Positions 11,496 to 29,620 of a stretch of DNA of 64,000 nucleotides are shown one piece after another. Position 1 is the first letter of the stretch. The number at the start of each line of letters is the position of its first letter. The position numbers were made by a program, and so were the translations under genes. The notes beneath the pieces were generated by a model. The model did no database searches. It was not told the origin of the DNA and was given only the letters and a program-made list of their open reading frames with translations. This stretch comes from Microbotryum violaceum (lineage: Eukaryota), in assembly GCA_001244265.2 (NCBI GenBank), contig CDLV01000007.1, positions 1,116,001-1,180,000 of the forward strand, given 5' to 3'.

Positions 11496-14400
11496 ATGAA
11501 GTTCGGCAAAGCGATCGTCGAACAGGCTTTGCCAGGATGGTCAGCCTTCTACTGCGATTACAAAAGCCTCAAAAGTGAGCATCGCAGTCGAGCCATGCCC
11601 TTGGTCAAGATTCCCTCCCACCCACTGGCGCTTCTCCATCATCCGGCAGCTCGAGCTTGCTTCTGCGGCTTGCTTTTGTACGACCCACACTGACGTTTCC
11701 TTGCCTGTACCTCCAGAAATCATCAACTCGCTGGCCAAAGGCCGTCCGACAGATGCAGCGTTGCTCGCTGCAGGGGTACGACCCCCACGACCTGCCGGAC
11801 CGGAGGAACCTCTGCATCCATCCGCCGAACCTCAATTGCTCGCCCATTCTGCGAGTGTAACAAGCGGCAACGGTGGTCAAGGGAGCCTGCTGCAAGCGCA
11901 CAAGGCCGCATTCTTCTACAAGCTAGAACGGGAATTGGAGAAGGTCAGCCAGTTTCTAGGGGCTTTACGTCTCGCGCGGATACCGGAAGCCTTTGATCAT
12001 TTGACTCATCCATTCGGGCGCCGACGTGTGTGGCAGATCAACAATTTCTACTATCAGAGGGAAGCGGCGCTCAAGGTCCGATTGAGAACGTTGATTGACA
12101 AACGCAAGCTGTTGACCGCTTCGTTGTCCGACTCGAGCGGCAAAAGTAAGGTTCTCAGCCGCGAGAGCAGCATCTATGGTGCGCTCCACGAAGGATTTCG
12201 AAATTTTGAGCGCGACTTGGGACGTTTACAGGTCAGTAGCATCGAATTCGCTCGTGCGCTCTGTCATGTGTCCCCGGCGAGCCAAAAGTCTTCCCTGCTC
12301 ACGCTTGCACGCACTATGTGCGGTAAACGACATCTACCGGGGGCAGGCCTACATTGAGCTCAACGCGACAGCGTTCAGGAAGATTTGCAAGAAATGGGAC
12401 AAAGCGTGCCGTCGGCAGGCCGATCGATTTGGTGACGCTCGACGTAAGTTTGCTGCTCGGCGCTGCGGTCGTCTGCACGCCGCTTCTCCGCTGACGTGTT
12501 CCCTGACTCCTGTCGACGAACACTAGCACAACAAGGCGAGCACGATGGTCAGCTGTATCTGGCCCGGCAGGTGGAAGTCCAACCTGTTTTCAACCGTGAA
12601 TTCATAGCGGAACTCTCGGACGGTGAGTTGCAATGGTGCATACAGCGTTGCCTTCCGTCGCTCACGCAGCGTGGACACACTACAGTGGCCTCTGCGAATC
12701 TATTATCGCTCGAAATCCTCGCCGGAAGTGAAGGAAAGCATCGTGGGGACGCCCTAGCCGATGGCGCAGACATTGAGCAACTCGGCGCAGGCGCTCACAC
12801 GCAAAGAATTTGGGCCATGGACGCGGAGGCTGACAGCACCGAGGCGCTCGAGGACTTGGAGCAAGCCCTTGTGACCGCGGTCAAAATGGGGGACGCTGCG
12901 GCTGCGCGAGGGATTCTGGAGTCACTTGCGCCACTTCCGCAGAAGGATGGGATCAAGGCTCCCGTTTCGAGGATCTTGTGGCGCGCAATCTTGGAAGCAG
13001 AGGCGGGAACTACCGAGTCGATGGCGTCTGAGAGCGTCGCGGGGAGTCCTCATAGCCTGATACCATTCTCTTTGCTCGACTTTGCCTTCGTGGACGATAT
13101 AAGTGGTCGAACCACCCTGCATGAGGTCAGTCACGGCGATGATCCATCTTGATCGCCTTCCTATTCCGGCCTTGACGATCCATCAATTTCGTTCTGACCC
13201 TAGACCGCAAGTGCTGGCAAGCTGGAGCTGGTGAAGGCGTGTCTTCAAAACGGTGTGTCAATCTCCCAAGCTGACGTATACGGCCGGCAAGCCCTGCACT
13301 ATGCCGCTATCAACGGTCATTCAGCTGTCGGCCATTTGCTCTTATCGTCTGGAGCGGATGCCACGGTGCTCGATTTCGACGGCTACAGCCCCATTACCTA
13401 TGCCATCACAAACGGCCGGACGCAAGTTGTGCAAACTTTCATCGACCAAGGTATTAGCTTCGACACTGCTTCATCGACTACCAACGAGGACCTCAATGCT
13501 CTCTCGCTTGCCAGTCAACACGGGCACGAAGACATTGCAAGAATTTTGTTGTCGAAAGGTGCTCAAATCTTGCCAAGCCCCGCAGGGTATTGGCCTCAGC
13601 ATCTCGCAGCCCGTCAAGGCCATGCTGGCGTTCTCCGCCTACTTGTTGAAGCGACGCGAGGCTTCGCGGGTATCGATTTACCTGACAAGTACTCGCAAGC
13701 GACGCCCTTACATCACGCCGCAAGCCATGGCCATGCCGCTTCGGTGCAAGTCCTCCTCCATGCTGGATCGAATGTTCATTCCAAAGACGAGTTTCAGCGC
13801 ACGCCGATCCACTACGCCGCATGGCATGGCTACATCGATTGTGTGAACCTACTCTTGGCCGCCGGGGCCAATATGGTAGCCTCGCTGCCTATCGATCATC
13901 CTCTGCTTGCGAACACGAGTAATGCCACTGGACCCATGTCTTCTGCTGATCTCGAACCTCTCGACCTCGAATCCGACCTTATCCCCTCCTTGTCGCTGCC
14001 ACCTCCAATCATTCCCTTCCGGATTTATGGACACAGCTTTCTTGACAAGAAATGCCTCGTTCAGATCTGTCTCGGCCATCCCAATACCTCTTGTGCGCCT
14101 TTCCCGCCCCCGATTCGACTGGCAGACAAAGGTGGGCGAGGTCAGCAGCCGTCTCTCAAGCTCGTGATGACGCCCAAACCCGAATCCATCGCGGTGCCGC
14201 ACAGCGTTATTCTGCCACTCGCAGACGAGCGCGAAGTCTTCTCCTTCCAGGTCGAATCCTTCGACAACTTCTCGCTCGAGTTCGATCTGTTCCCGACTTT
14301 TGGCTCGAAGGTCATTGGGAAAGCCGTCGCCGCACCCTCCACTTTCGACAGTCTGCAAAGCCAAGGTTCTTACGTAATCCCACTGCTCGACCCTCATCTC

Positions 14401-15590
14401 AAAGTTATAGGAGACATACCATTCGAGATCAACGTAGTCAAGCCCTTCGAGCGGGCAACACTGCAATTGGGCGGCCAGGTAAGCCGGCTCGCATGTTTTT
14501 GTCCCGGGCAGCTGCTAATACAAGAGCCTATGGCACACAGTTTGAAACATACTGGCGGTCCATGACAGCCCTCAACCCCTCGGGCGACCCTGCGCCAACG
14601 CCGGTCACAGGCGGAGCTTCGGTGGTGACGGCGTCATCACTATCGGGTGAACATGTTCGCGTCATCGTGCAGGTCACCTCGGATGGTGTACCCGTGGCCT
14701 ATCCGCAGTGGAAGTTGCCCTTGGAAGGCTTTGACGTACACGTAGGAAACGTGACGTTTGCCCAGTTTGAATCCCTGGCGCAACGCACAGCACGGAGGCT
14801 CGACCCTGCGCGAATTGCCGACCCTGCCGACCCAGTTTCTTGGTATCAGGCCGTATCCGGCTCTTTGGTGTCGCTCGACGAGATATTCCAGGCACTTCCG
14901 GCGTCTTTCGGAGTAGATCTCGAGGTGCGATACCCAACCCGCTCAGATATGCGACGACTCAACATACATCATTCGCTTGAGGTCAACCAATTCGTCGACT
15001 GCGTGCTCTCGACGGTGTACGAGGCCATCCAGAATGGCGATGAAAAACACCATCGTCGGATCGTCTTCTCGTCGTTCAACCCACTTGTATGCACAGCACT
15101 GAATTGGAAGCAACCAAATTTCTCGGTCTTCTTCGCCTCGTATTGTGGGATTTCGAGATCGAATTCGTCCGGCCAGCTTGTTCCAGCAAATCGCGTTGAA
15201 GACGATCGACGGTGCACCAGCATACGCGAAGCTGTCAAATTCGCCAGAACCAATAATCTACTCGGTGTGATGCTTGATGCGACCATCCTGGTAAGCTCCG
15301 TTGTCCTCTTGTCGCCTGTCAGCACACATCGCTGAACGACTTTTGATCTTGTGACCACTCCAGCTGAAGGTTCCCAGCGTCATACAAAGCGTGAAGGAGC
15401 AAGGTCTACTCGTCACGACTTTCGGCCCGGATGTCCCGGCTGGCTGGGCTGACGCCCATATGGCCTCTGGTGTTGTGAGTTGAATCGATATCGTTCTTCA
15501 CCCAGCAGAGGACCTCGACTGAATTGCAATGTTGTCCGTCAGCTCTCGTACGCCAGCAGTGCATTTTTGCAACGGACCGAAGCATCCTAG
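11496..15590 (+). CDS. PHO81: SPX-ankyrin-degenerate GDPD protein, Pho81/Nuc-2-type CDK inhibitor
   Basis: SPX domain (MKFGK…YKSLK, FFYKLERELEK, ELNATAFRKICKKWDK), several ankyrin repeats, LSLPPPIIPFRIYGHSFLD, and a GDPD-like C-terminus (SSLSGEHVRVIVQVTSDGVPV) lacking the catalytic HRG motif. The last exon is ambiguous (stop at 15483 or 15590). Confidence 0.85.
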
Positions 15591-16369
15591 GAACCCATTG
15601 TGCCGCTTTCGTGACCTTCTTGGTTGATGCAATGCTATCGATGAATTGTTGTACCGCGTTATCATGCTGCTGAGGCTGGCAGACGCACGTGAGGGATCTG
15701 TCAGGACGCCTCGACGAAGTAACGACCGGTGGGGCTCTGATCAGCGGAACACTCGCCAGAGTTCGAAAGAGAAATAATGGTTGACAGGAAGTGGGGAAAG
15801 TGTATTATCGCCTCCAAGACAATCGCACCCTCCTCAACTGATGCATGGCACATGTAAGCTTTGCATTAGAGCCACAGGCTCCTCGGGTCTCAGCTTTAGC
15901 TTCGGCGGTGCGATCGAGGTTTCACTCGGAGTCGGCCAGTGGCAAGTATTCACCGAACAGCGTCAGCATTTCATTCAGCCGCTTCGAGCTTCCAATTACA
16001 TGCTGAAGACTTCTCTGTCAAAGAGAGAACTGAATGCAAATCCTCCGAGCCCGGGACAAGCCCCTACCTGCAGTGGATGTCAGTCGTCACTTGAAGCCTG
16101 GCAGGGCTGAATTTCTGCCTACGAGTCGTGGGAGAGTACACGTCACGCATCACGCGTCATGCGCGTCATGCGTCACACGCGGGAGTAAGCTGGAGTAAGC
16201 AACTTCACACTGTCTCGCCGCGTCACGTGGCGTGGAGTTGCTCCCGCTAGCTCTAGCCTCTCCGCTTACCATTAGACACTCCACTGAGCGGTCTCGTTCA
16301 TTTTGACATCACCCCAGGCCCCGGGTCCTCTAAGCAGTATCTTTCCCCAGTCCTCTGTCTCTGCCTGTC

Positions 16370-18262
16370 ATGTATGGCGTAGGAAGATTGTCCGCAGATG
16401 GGACGTTCAAGCGCGGGCATGCCAAGGCAGCCTCCTCCTTCGGGGGATGGTCAAACGCAGTCCCACCTCTTGGCGTATCCGATACCCTTGCCCTTCACCT
16501 GCAATTTGTGAGTCACTGCTCAGTCTCCAACCCTCTTCGGTGTGCATACTATTGACGTGGTGAATTTCCAGGCCTTGCGAGGCTGCCGAGATGCTATGCA
16601 AGTGGGGGTCGTTCTGGAGAAGCTTTCGATGGACAAGGTCGGCAACGCGTTGACTAGGTGATATCAGCTGCATAGCACATGTACTCATTGAACTCGAGTT
16701 GCTGCACTCGTATCGCAGATCGTGGCGAGCAACGTTGTGAAAAGCTCAGTGATGCAAGGCGTTGTTCTTTTATCGGCGCTCGCGATCAAGCCTTTGGTCA
16801 GATCCATCTTCGGTACCAAGAGCGGAGGCTCGACGGTCGTGTACATTATGTTTTTGGTAAGTCAGCCGGAGTCGAGACCGCGTCGCGCAGCGCCGTGCGC
16901 AGATCTGACAACCGACGTCATGGGAATCGGGTGGACCGGCAGGGGCTTTGGCTTTATCCGATCGCTTTTGCAGCAACGTACTACTCTGGCCTGCTTCGGC
17001 CGTTTCAAGAGACTGATCGACGTGGAGCAAGCCGCTTGGGCTCGACCGAGAATCGAGGTCTCACCGCGAGGATAGCTGCCGAGGTGCGTCGCATTCCTGC
17101 ACTCTATTCCAAGGTTGACCTCTGTGAAGAGAGCTGAAAAGGCCAATCGACTGTGCGTTTACAGAGCCACAGAGTTTTGGTCACGATCAACTATTTTTTC
17201 GTCGTTATCGTCTTGCGCCGGGTCCCTTGGGTGGGACCTCCTGTCGCCTTTCTGTTTTCTTGCATCGTCGACAGCTGGTACTGCTGGGAGTAAGTACGGC
17301 GGTTGCAGTAGACGTGGTGTCAGCCGGGAAGGGTTTGTTAAAGGTCATTTTCCTTCCTGGCCTTTGCGCAGGCAGCAAATGGTCAAGTCTGGGTGGCCCT
17401 TCGCGGAACGTGTCAAGCAGCTGGACTCGCGCTGGGCCTACCACCTAGGTTTCGGCTTCCCGATCACTTTGCTCTCGTGGTGGAGGTGATTTGTCTCCTC
17501 AGTCATCGATGGGCTCGATCGCTTGCTGATTCAATATTGAAATCTTGTTTCGACAGTGCTGAGCCAATAGTGAACCTTGCGATCTTTTCACTCCTCTACC
17601 CTTTCTTCCAAGTTGCCGCCACGGCGTCCATCGCACAGCCACTGGATGCTTCAATTCTGACGTCAGCTATCAATATATCTTTCATGCCGAAGGGGCAAGG
17701 ATCTTTCTCTATGGCTGCCGCCGAGGGGGGTGAAGAGAACCGTGGTCGTCGTGGGCACCCTTTCGTCCCGGTCCGCCTGCGAGTGCTCGCAGCTGCAGAA
17801 GTGGCCCACGCTGCTTTGATGTTCAGCTTCGGCGGTGGTCGCAAGAAGGACGCTGCAGGTTCGGCCCCAGTCACGTCGAGTGCATCTTCTGCTTCACGAA
17901 ACCGTTATGGAAGTCATCCGTCATCGTCGTCGGGTGCGTCGTCGCACTTTGATCGCAGCAGCGATTACACCTACAACCCCTACGGCGAGCCAACGTCGTC
18001 GGATAATCCAGCCTGGCGTCAAGGTGAAGAGAGTTATGGCGCTCCTCGTCAAGATTCCCACGCGTTCAATCTTGCGCAACAAGCGACTTCAAGACGGGTT
18101 CACATCAACTCCGAATCAAGAACGGGCAATGAGCCGAGTTACGGTGTCATGGCCAATCACCAGCACGGCATCACCCAAGTTACGCCGGCGCGCACCGGAT
18201 ACTCCGACCACACCCTGGATTCACTCCTTCGTTCAGCCGCTGGAAGGAAGAAGGGGGACTGA
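16370..18262 (+). CDS. EI24: EI24 (etoposide-induced protein 2.4) family membrane protein
   Basis: Spliced hydrophobic segments LWLYPI and GWPFAERVKQLDSRWAYHLGFGFPITLLSWW, then VNLAIFSLLYPFFQVAA, followed by a long Ser-rich tail. Confidence 0.78.
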
Positions 18263-18573
18263 GGCCGTCTTTGTAGTCAAAGGGATGGTTCAAGGACGGT
18301 CACGGACAGTTAGACAGTTAGGCCTCTGTTTGGCCTCGTTGCCAAATTCTCGAGTGCTTGTCGAGGTTGATAAAAGGCAACATTTCTGCGAAGCTTGGAG
18401 CTGGTTCTCGTAGTAGAGATGATACATCGCCATTTGCAAATATTGAACAAGGTTCACACCCTAAGCCAGGTTGAAACCAAGGACCGACTATGATCAGATT
18501 TCTCTCAGCAGTCTTAATCGAGCACATGGGAAGGGTGAAATGAGTTCCCCTGCAAAGATTCAATTCGAGGCGA

Positions 18574-21245
18574 TTAGCCGAGCGAATGTTTGGACCCGAA
18601 TGCGCGATGGCGCAATGACTCACCTTGCAACAGATGCAGAATGAATTTCTTCGGTGAGTAATGAGTCGCTAAAAGAAGCGAGAGGTGCAAGCTGCCGATA
18701 GGTGAGCGCGCGTGGAGCCAGAGCGAGTCAGGGCGGGATCGGAAGTGTTTTTAGTGTATCGTGATGGTAAGTTAGTTATAGGAAGCCCGCATATGCTTCT
18801 CCTCTAAATAATCCAGGACCTACTGCTGTGACAAGACGAGAGAAGCGGGTATCGGTTGATTCTACGGTCCGCAGATGAGTAGCGCAGCTTTAGAAACTGC
18901 CCTCACATATCCCCAAGTTACCAGCGCTGCGCTCGTTACTGACCAATAGTTCCATCGTCAGAGGTTGACACAACTTCGCCTGGCCATTTGGTGGAAAGAC
19001 CTTAAATCGGATTCCACCTTCGTGGGATTATTTAAGGAATTGATTTGTGGTGAGTGGCGAGCCCATGTTTCATGCGCCCTATATGGCCGGCAAGACCTAC
19101 CCGGCAGCCGAGCGGGATCCTTGAGCAGGAGCAACAGCACGAATTGGGGGAATCCGTTCATAAAAGCCAGCATGAATTCATCCAGTGCGTGGAAGGCGAT
19201 GATAATGACTCGAATCTGTCGAATCAGACAAACCTTCATCAGCACAGATACTCCTCGGCAGTGGCAGGCATTGCATGCGCATTTTCTCACCGTCGCAAAT
19301 GCGAGATAGAAGGCCAGAACAGTTGGAAAGAGGAATGCGGCGAGCATGAAGAGGATTGTTCCCAAAAGAAGCTGATCGGTTTCATACACCGCTGGTTCGA
19401 CGCGATGTCTTAGTGTATTGTACCGTTTACCTAATTCCCAGAGAATGAAGCCAGGAGATGTACGAACAGTGAGCTGGAGGGCCCGGAATAGCTTGCCTCG
19501 ATCATGGGACACACCTCGGAAGATGTTGAACACGGCGCGCAAGAGCGCAATGTGCCACCGAAATAGGGACGTGGCGAAGATGTAGAAACCAAACAAGTGC
19601 AACGTAAGCAGCGAGAGGACATCCGAGGTCACCGACAGGAATAGGGTTGTGCCGCCGTAGGCCGACGCCCCCACGAGGTAGACCAGCTCGGGCATGACCG
19701 TCGTCAGAGGTGCGATGATTTGTCCGTCCCATTTTGTGCTTGCCCATAAGAACGCGGTGGAGAACATTGATGCCAGCTCGTAATTAAGCTTGATCCCTCC
19801 CGGCCAATCGTTGAGCCACATTAGCAACTTGCTGAGCCACGCCGAATTCGACATCTGTGTGCAGTGGTGAGCAGATCATGAGCGACCATGCCCCTCAGAG
19901 ATGGGCTTGCATTCTTTGGACCGACCCGAAGCAACTTTCCGAGCCCGCGACCGATGACTACGTGGTTTTCGCAGACGAACGAGGCGATTGCGATTCCTAC
20001 GATTACGTCATTGGCAATAAGCCACAACAAGTTGAAACATCTGCGAGAGGTCGAATTCCGTCAATGCCGTGTCGGGGATCGAATATGCGGCGCAGATGTA
20101 TACGCACGAGATATAATGCACTCTCCCGCAGACCAGCGAGTGCGCGTCCCTCCCGCGGGTATTTCGCTTCGCGTGTCTGATGAGCCTGTATTGCGAAGGC
20201 AGCATGAACCCTTGGCTCATGCGCAAGCGTAATTGCTGCACTGAGACAAATCGAGCGAAATGTGATTCTCAACTTTTGGCGTATTCGGCCAGCGGCGTCA
20301 ATTAGGCTACTTACCAGTTGCCGAGAGCTCTTGAACGTCAGCGCTCATGAACAGGGGGAACGAGCGCGACGACAACCAGTGGCTGTTCCGTCGCGGCACC
20401 TGAGCAGCTCTTGCCATCGACGTCTTTTGAATAACGGTCTGCTCAATCCCCCCATCAGGCGTGTACTCGACCGATTCCTGGTCAACTGGCGAGAAGCAAT
20501 TCGAAGCGTTGATCTGGACGGATTTGGGCGATTTAGGTATTTGAAAAGGCCGCGAGAATCAGCTTTACCGCAGCTGTGTCTGCCATCGCCGGGAGGCTGT
20601 TAACGCAATACGTACCTGCTCCACGGCCTCACCAAGATTAACGGACACCGGATCCGCCCTTGAAGTGAAATCAGAGGCTGCGAGCGCGAGTAATCGCCCA
20701 TTTGTGCGAGAACATGTGCTTGTCATGGGCTCGCCGGATGCGTTCTCTGAGTCAGCGGCCGATGACACCAATCTGGATCGAGCACACGGGGCCGCAGAAG
20801 TAGCCGCAGAAAAGCTCGAAGCTGATTGCGAGGAGTCGAGGGCAAAATACTGGTAGCGCCGCCTTGACGGGGGTGAAAACATAATGACGACGGCATGCGG
20901 GTTGGAAACACAGGTAGGAGACACCGGCTGAACTGACGTGTGAACGACCAGGCGCACCAGGTCCTGCTCTGGGAGCCAGTCACCACCTTTCTGGTTCCCG
21001 AGCGATGCATCGCAATCGGACTCCGTGGCGCTGTAAGAGATCGTTCCTAGTATCCGAGGGCCTTGAATCGATCCGCGACTGATCGTGCTTAGTACGCTGC
21101 GAGCATCCGCAAGTGTGGGTGCTTGAAATGCTCCAGCGATGACCGCGCCGCTCGTGTACGTTTGCCAGCCATATAGAACATGTCGATTATGACCTGTGGC
21201 TTGTCGGACAAGGCCAGGCATCGGCCACGGGACGAATAGGAACAT
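18574..21245 (-). CDS. GPI1: GPI-GlcNAc transferase subunit Gpi1/PIG-Q (3' end approximate; alternative in-frame ATG at 21416)
   Basis: WLIANDVIVG, WLNDWPGGIKLNYELA, SDVLSLLTLHL, KRYNTLRHRVE…DQLLLGTILF and FPTVLAFY motifs. Confidence 0.88.
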
Positions 21246-22054
21246 TTCGGCATTTCGACACCGTTCGGAAGATCGAGTTTGGGGCGCCTGATGCGTGGAT
21301 GGCCGAGAAGCGACGTGCGGGTCAAGAATCGGTTCTGATGCAGGTGGTTGAGCGTCGGTAAAAGAAGGTGACTCGTTGAAGCAGCAGTGATCTGCCGCAG
21401 AAGGCGACGCTGTCATGGGGGCGAGTCCAGACGGTTGTGCTCAGCGCGCTAGAAGCTGCCTCTGCGCCGGAGATGCTCCCTTGCACCGAGCGAATACCGG
21501 TCGACACCCTGTTTGGAGCGGGTGAGTGGGGGGACAAGAGGCTATGTGTGGATCAGCTCCAAGCCATTGTAAAGCGGGGCAGAGGCACAAAAAGGCCAGT
21601 CGAAATCAAGCCGTTGTTGTACCGAGACCAGCGTGGCCATGTGGGGCGGAAAGGAGCACTCACCCTGGATGCCAATGTGCCGGCAAGACGGTTGAGACAG
21701 TGCAAGACGACGATGACGATGAGAGAGAGCACCACAGCCGCGACCATACGAAAGGCGGGAACCTTCCGCTGTGGAGCAAACACGTGTGAAGCTTTGGCCA
21801 CCTGCGACAGGCACCCCCGACACTATTACGAGGCAAGGCGATGGAATCGGGGCCAGCGCCCGATCACTCTGAGCAGCCACGCGCGCCTCATTACGGCACT
21901 ATTACGGCTGTGGCCTAGCTATTAGTAATCATACATCGAAGCGGCCTCGGCCTGCGAACTTCGCAAGCCTGACTGGCTTCACAACGTTTCGCCATACCAA
22001 TCCGCTCAACCCGCCACCAAAAAAACACGTTATCTTCACACGTACTACAACACG

Positions 22055-23273
22055 ATGCCGGAGCCTTCTCACAAAAAGATCAAGCGAGCGCCTGCGACGC
22101 GCTCTGAGCGAACCGGCTCCCCTTCTTCGAAAGCTGGCCCCTTCGCTTCCACCTCGGCCGATGCGCTCGACAACCAGTTTGAGCTCGAGCAGCAGTTTGA
22201 CCACACCGAAACCGGTTCCGACGATGGACTGGGCTACTTGGCGTCGGACGTCGAGTCGGACACCGGAGCACACAGCCCTTCCTCCGAGCAGGGTGAAGAC
22301 GAACAGGAGCGCCAAGCGTCTGCGTCTGTGACCCCAAGCACCAAGAAGCGTCGACGCAAGGCAGCACAGACGCCCACAGGCGACTCTGCGCAGAACGAAC
22401 ACAACCCAAGCCAGGCCTGGATGATTTCGTCCGCGGCGGCAGTCGAACGCCTGTTGCTGGCGCAGCGACGAGCTCAGCCGAAAGCCAGCGCACTTGAGCT
22501 CGATGAACTCGCTCTGCAAGGTCAGTCGAAGTTCAACGAGTACATCTCTCGGCCGTTTCCGCGACAGCTTGTCTTGATACCGTCATCGTGCATACATCTC
22601 TATCACTGGCGAGCCATGCAGGCGAGGTTACCATCTCGATGGGATCAAAACTGACCCGTTTCTTCCCGCAGAATCTTTCCTCCTCGACGCGCCGACGGTT
22701 GCCAGAACATCCTTGCTTGCCTTCATTCGAGAGGCGATCCCGACACTACCGGCAACTCTAGCCAAGCCCACTAAGAAGGAAGGCTCTCCTAGGATACTGG
22801 TCATCGCTGGAGCCGCTCTTCGCGTGGCAGATTTGTGCCGGTGGGTCACCTCTGCAACGAGACGCCTGTCCCCGCGCACCCCCTTCGCCGTGCCGCGAAG
22901 CTTGGCAACTTGATCTGATGCAACTCTTTAATATCACTGCAGCGAGCTCAAGCCTTTCCAGACGAAGGACCTTCACATCGCCAAACTTTTCGCCAAGCAC
23001 TTCAAGCTCACAGAACACGCGCAGTACTTGAAGGATCACAAGGTCTCAATTGCCGTTGGTACCCCTCATCGAGTCTCGGCTCTGCTCGACAATGCTTCGC
23101 TAGCGATCGACCAACTTTCGCACCTCGTCCTCGACGTCACCCACCTTGATAAGAAGCAGCGAGGACTGCTGGACACGCCCGAAGCGAGCGTTGATCTGTT
23201 CCGCTCCTTACTTGGCAATACGACCCTGCTGGATCGACTGAAAGCGGGTCGGATGAAGATCGTATGCTATTGA
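22055..23273 (+). CDS. CMS1: Cms1-like 90S pre-ribosome protein
   Basis: SALELDEL, PRILVIAGAALRVADLCR, AKLFAKHFKLTEH, IAVGTPHRV and LVLDVTHLDKKQRGLLD motifs. Confidence 0.87.
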
Positions 23274-23645
23274 AAGGCTGTTAATCGAAATAGACATTCT
23301 TGTCGTCGATATTGCCCTCTGCGATGAAGCCGGTGACACCTTGTCGAGAGGGGGACCGTCCTACCCGTGGACGACACCAGTCCAGAGCAAACCGCAAGGC
23401 ATGAGCAGGTAGAGGGTCGCAGGCTCGTTTCCCATCCCCTACACAGACTCGCAGCCAGGTAGTGAAAGGCGCCAAGCGAGCGCACTCTCCGGGCTAGGTC
23501 ATACGACGACACGGAGGCCAAACTCGCTTCCTCTCTTGACGGATGGTGCCTCGGGGGCGGGCGACGTTTCTCGCGAGGTTGAGATCACGGTGTAGATGCA
23601 CTGGTGTTACATGATACAATGTTGTGAGCCACTAGAGGGCCCTCA

Positions 23646-24334
23646 TCAGAAACCGAGTGGGTTTGTGCGGTTGGTCAATTTGGTCCCTATGATCAGAACG
23701 GCTCCGTGTCAGCGTGCCTGATTCAGATGGAAGGCAGCACGTCGAATGCTGTACATCAGACCCTATAGCGCACTTGAACGGCTTACATTTGGGAACCTTG
23801 TGCATCGACTTGCGGTATCCGCGCTCTGTGCGCGAAAAGGTGGTGTACTTGTCCCTGGTGGGCATGCTAGCTTCGGTCGGTAGCGCAAGAGCTGCTTTCT
23901 GCTTGACAGGCACCCAGCAATGAGGCCCGGGTTAGGTCGGGTGGATGAGAGGTAAAGTTAGTAAGACGGGCCGCATTGATCTCAGGGGGGTGGCAAGTGC
24001 AAAGAAGCATGGCCAAGAGACGAACCAGGGACAGAGTCGACGGGGATGCCTGTTCGACGACGGCAATGTTGTGATCGACCGTCTTGAGTCGCAGTCGAGC
24101 GCGCATCTTACGTGTCTGTGACATGCGCCATGGGTTCTTCCTGCACGTGAATATGCGCAGCCCCAGTGTCAGAGATGGAGTTGAGCACCCAGCATCGGGA
24201 GGGTGCGCTTCGCAAGCCGACCCACGACCCCTCTCCTGGACGGAACAGCGAGAAGGTGGTGATCACGATGGGAAGGCGGATGCTACTTACCACAGCAACC
24301 CCACCGACAGTGGCAACGATGGTTTGAAGAGCAT
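23646..24334 (-). CDS. MRPL31: mitochondrial large-subunit ribosomal protein L31 (mL60), four exons
   Basis: Spliced product MLFKPSLPLSVGLLW|KNPWRMSQTRKMRARLRLKTVD…MPTRDKYTTFSRTERGYRKSMHKVPKW|TKLTNRTNPLGF*. Confidence 0.9.
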
Positions 24335-24798
24335 GTGCAGGAAATGCCTATTTGAAGGTCAACAAGTTTACAGGTGTGACAAAGCGCAATGCGCGAGAGT
24401 TGACTATCGGTCACTTTAGACGAACCTTAAGGTAAGTTACACAGCAAGTTGCCTACTATTTGCTGAGGCGCATTGGGCGCATTTCGAGACGCTCACATTT
24501 CGCATTATGTCACCGAATTGGTGCTTTGCGGACGCAAATCTTGTCTGCGTTCGCTCCTTCCCTTCGCCATTGTCCCGACCAAAGCACTCTGTGCCACTCC
24601 TCGAATCTCGGCCAATCGAAGAGCGTCCAAAAGAACAGAACCTCTGTGTGCATCGATTCCACCTCCCGCCCCTCCTCCCTTCTCCTTCTCCTTCGCGGCC
24701 CACTGCAGCCCTTCCGGATCCCTTCCTGCACCCCGTCTCCCCTTAGACTTTTCCGCGTTCCGACAGGCCGCGTGGACACGTCCGTCCCCAAGCAAAGC

Positions 24799-29044
<4,246 letters not shown>

Positions 29045-29189
29045 TAGCCGGCCCCTTTGGTGTACGTAGTCATGGTATCATCAATATCATGCGTCGAACC
29101 AGTTCTTCTTTGCAATGAAATAAAACAACAAGCAATTGTCATTTAAGGGCGCTTGAGACTAGAAGGTGGATTATGAACACTGAGGTCGC

Positions 29190-29620
29190 TTAACTGATAA
29201 TAGGCTGATTGGCCCAATTGCTCATATGGCGAGTGGCCGAAGAGAAGAAGCCCGTAAGGGTGCACTGGATTACACCTCCCTCAGTAGAGGTAAAAAGCTT
29301 CTCAATTAGGCAGGTGATCCTTCCAATAGGGAGGCCCTTGGCGATCAAGGTGTCAAGGTCGGCGACCGCGCTCTGACTCTTGATGACGCAGGCCGTCGCG
29401 CAGGCGAGGGCGGGGTAGTGTTTGTCGAGCGCAAGGAGGTCTTGGTCGAACGAGGTTGTGGATGGGTTTTTCATGATGACACAGTTTGCGATGTCGTGCA
29501 TCACGGGGCTGGAGGCGGCGTCAGTCGAGGGAGCGATGGTGGCGTTGCCGGGCTTCGCAGCCGGACGGGCGCCGATCGCGGCGGAGTAGGATTTGGCGAC
29601 GGTGTCGATTTGATGGACAA
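29190..29620 (-). pseudogene. decayed coding relic of unknown origin, probably repeat-derived
   Basis: Protein-like reading (DLLALDKHYPALACATACVIKSQSAVADLDTLIAKGLPIGRITCLIEKLF) with no clear ATG or splice structure, adjacent to local repeats. Confidence 0.3.

Noticed and set aside
10703-11509. 268-aa minus-strand ORF between UPF3 and PHO81
   Set aside because: It has no recognisable motif, overlaps the PHO81 start, and lies in a divergent promoter region, so it is probably a chance ORF.
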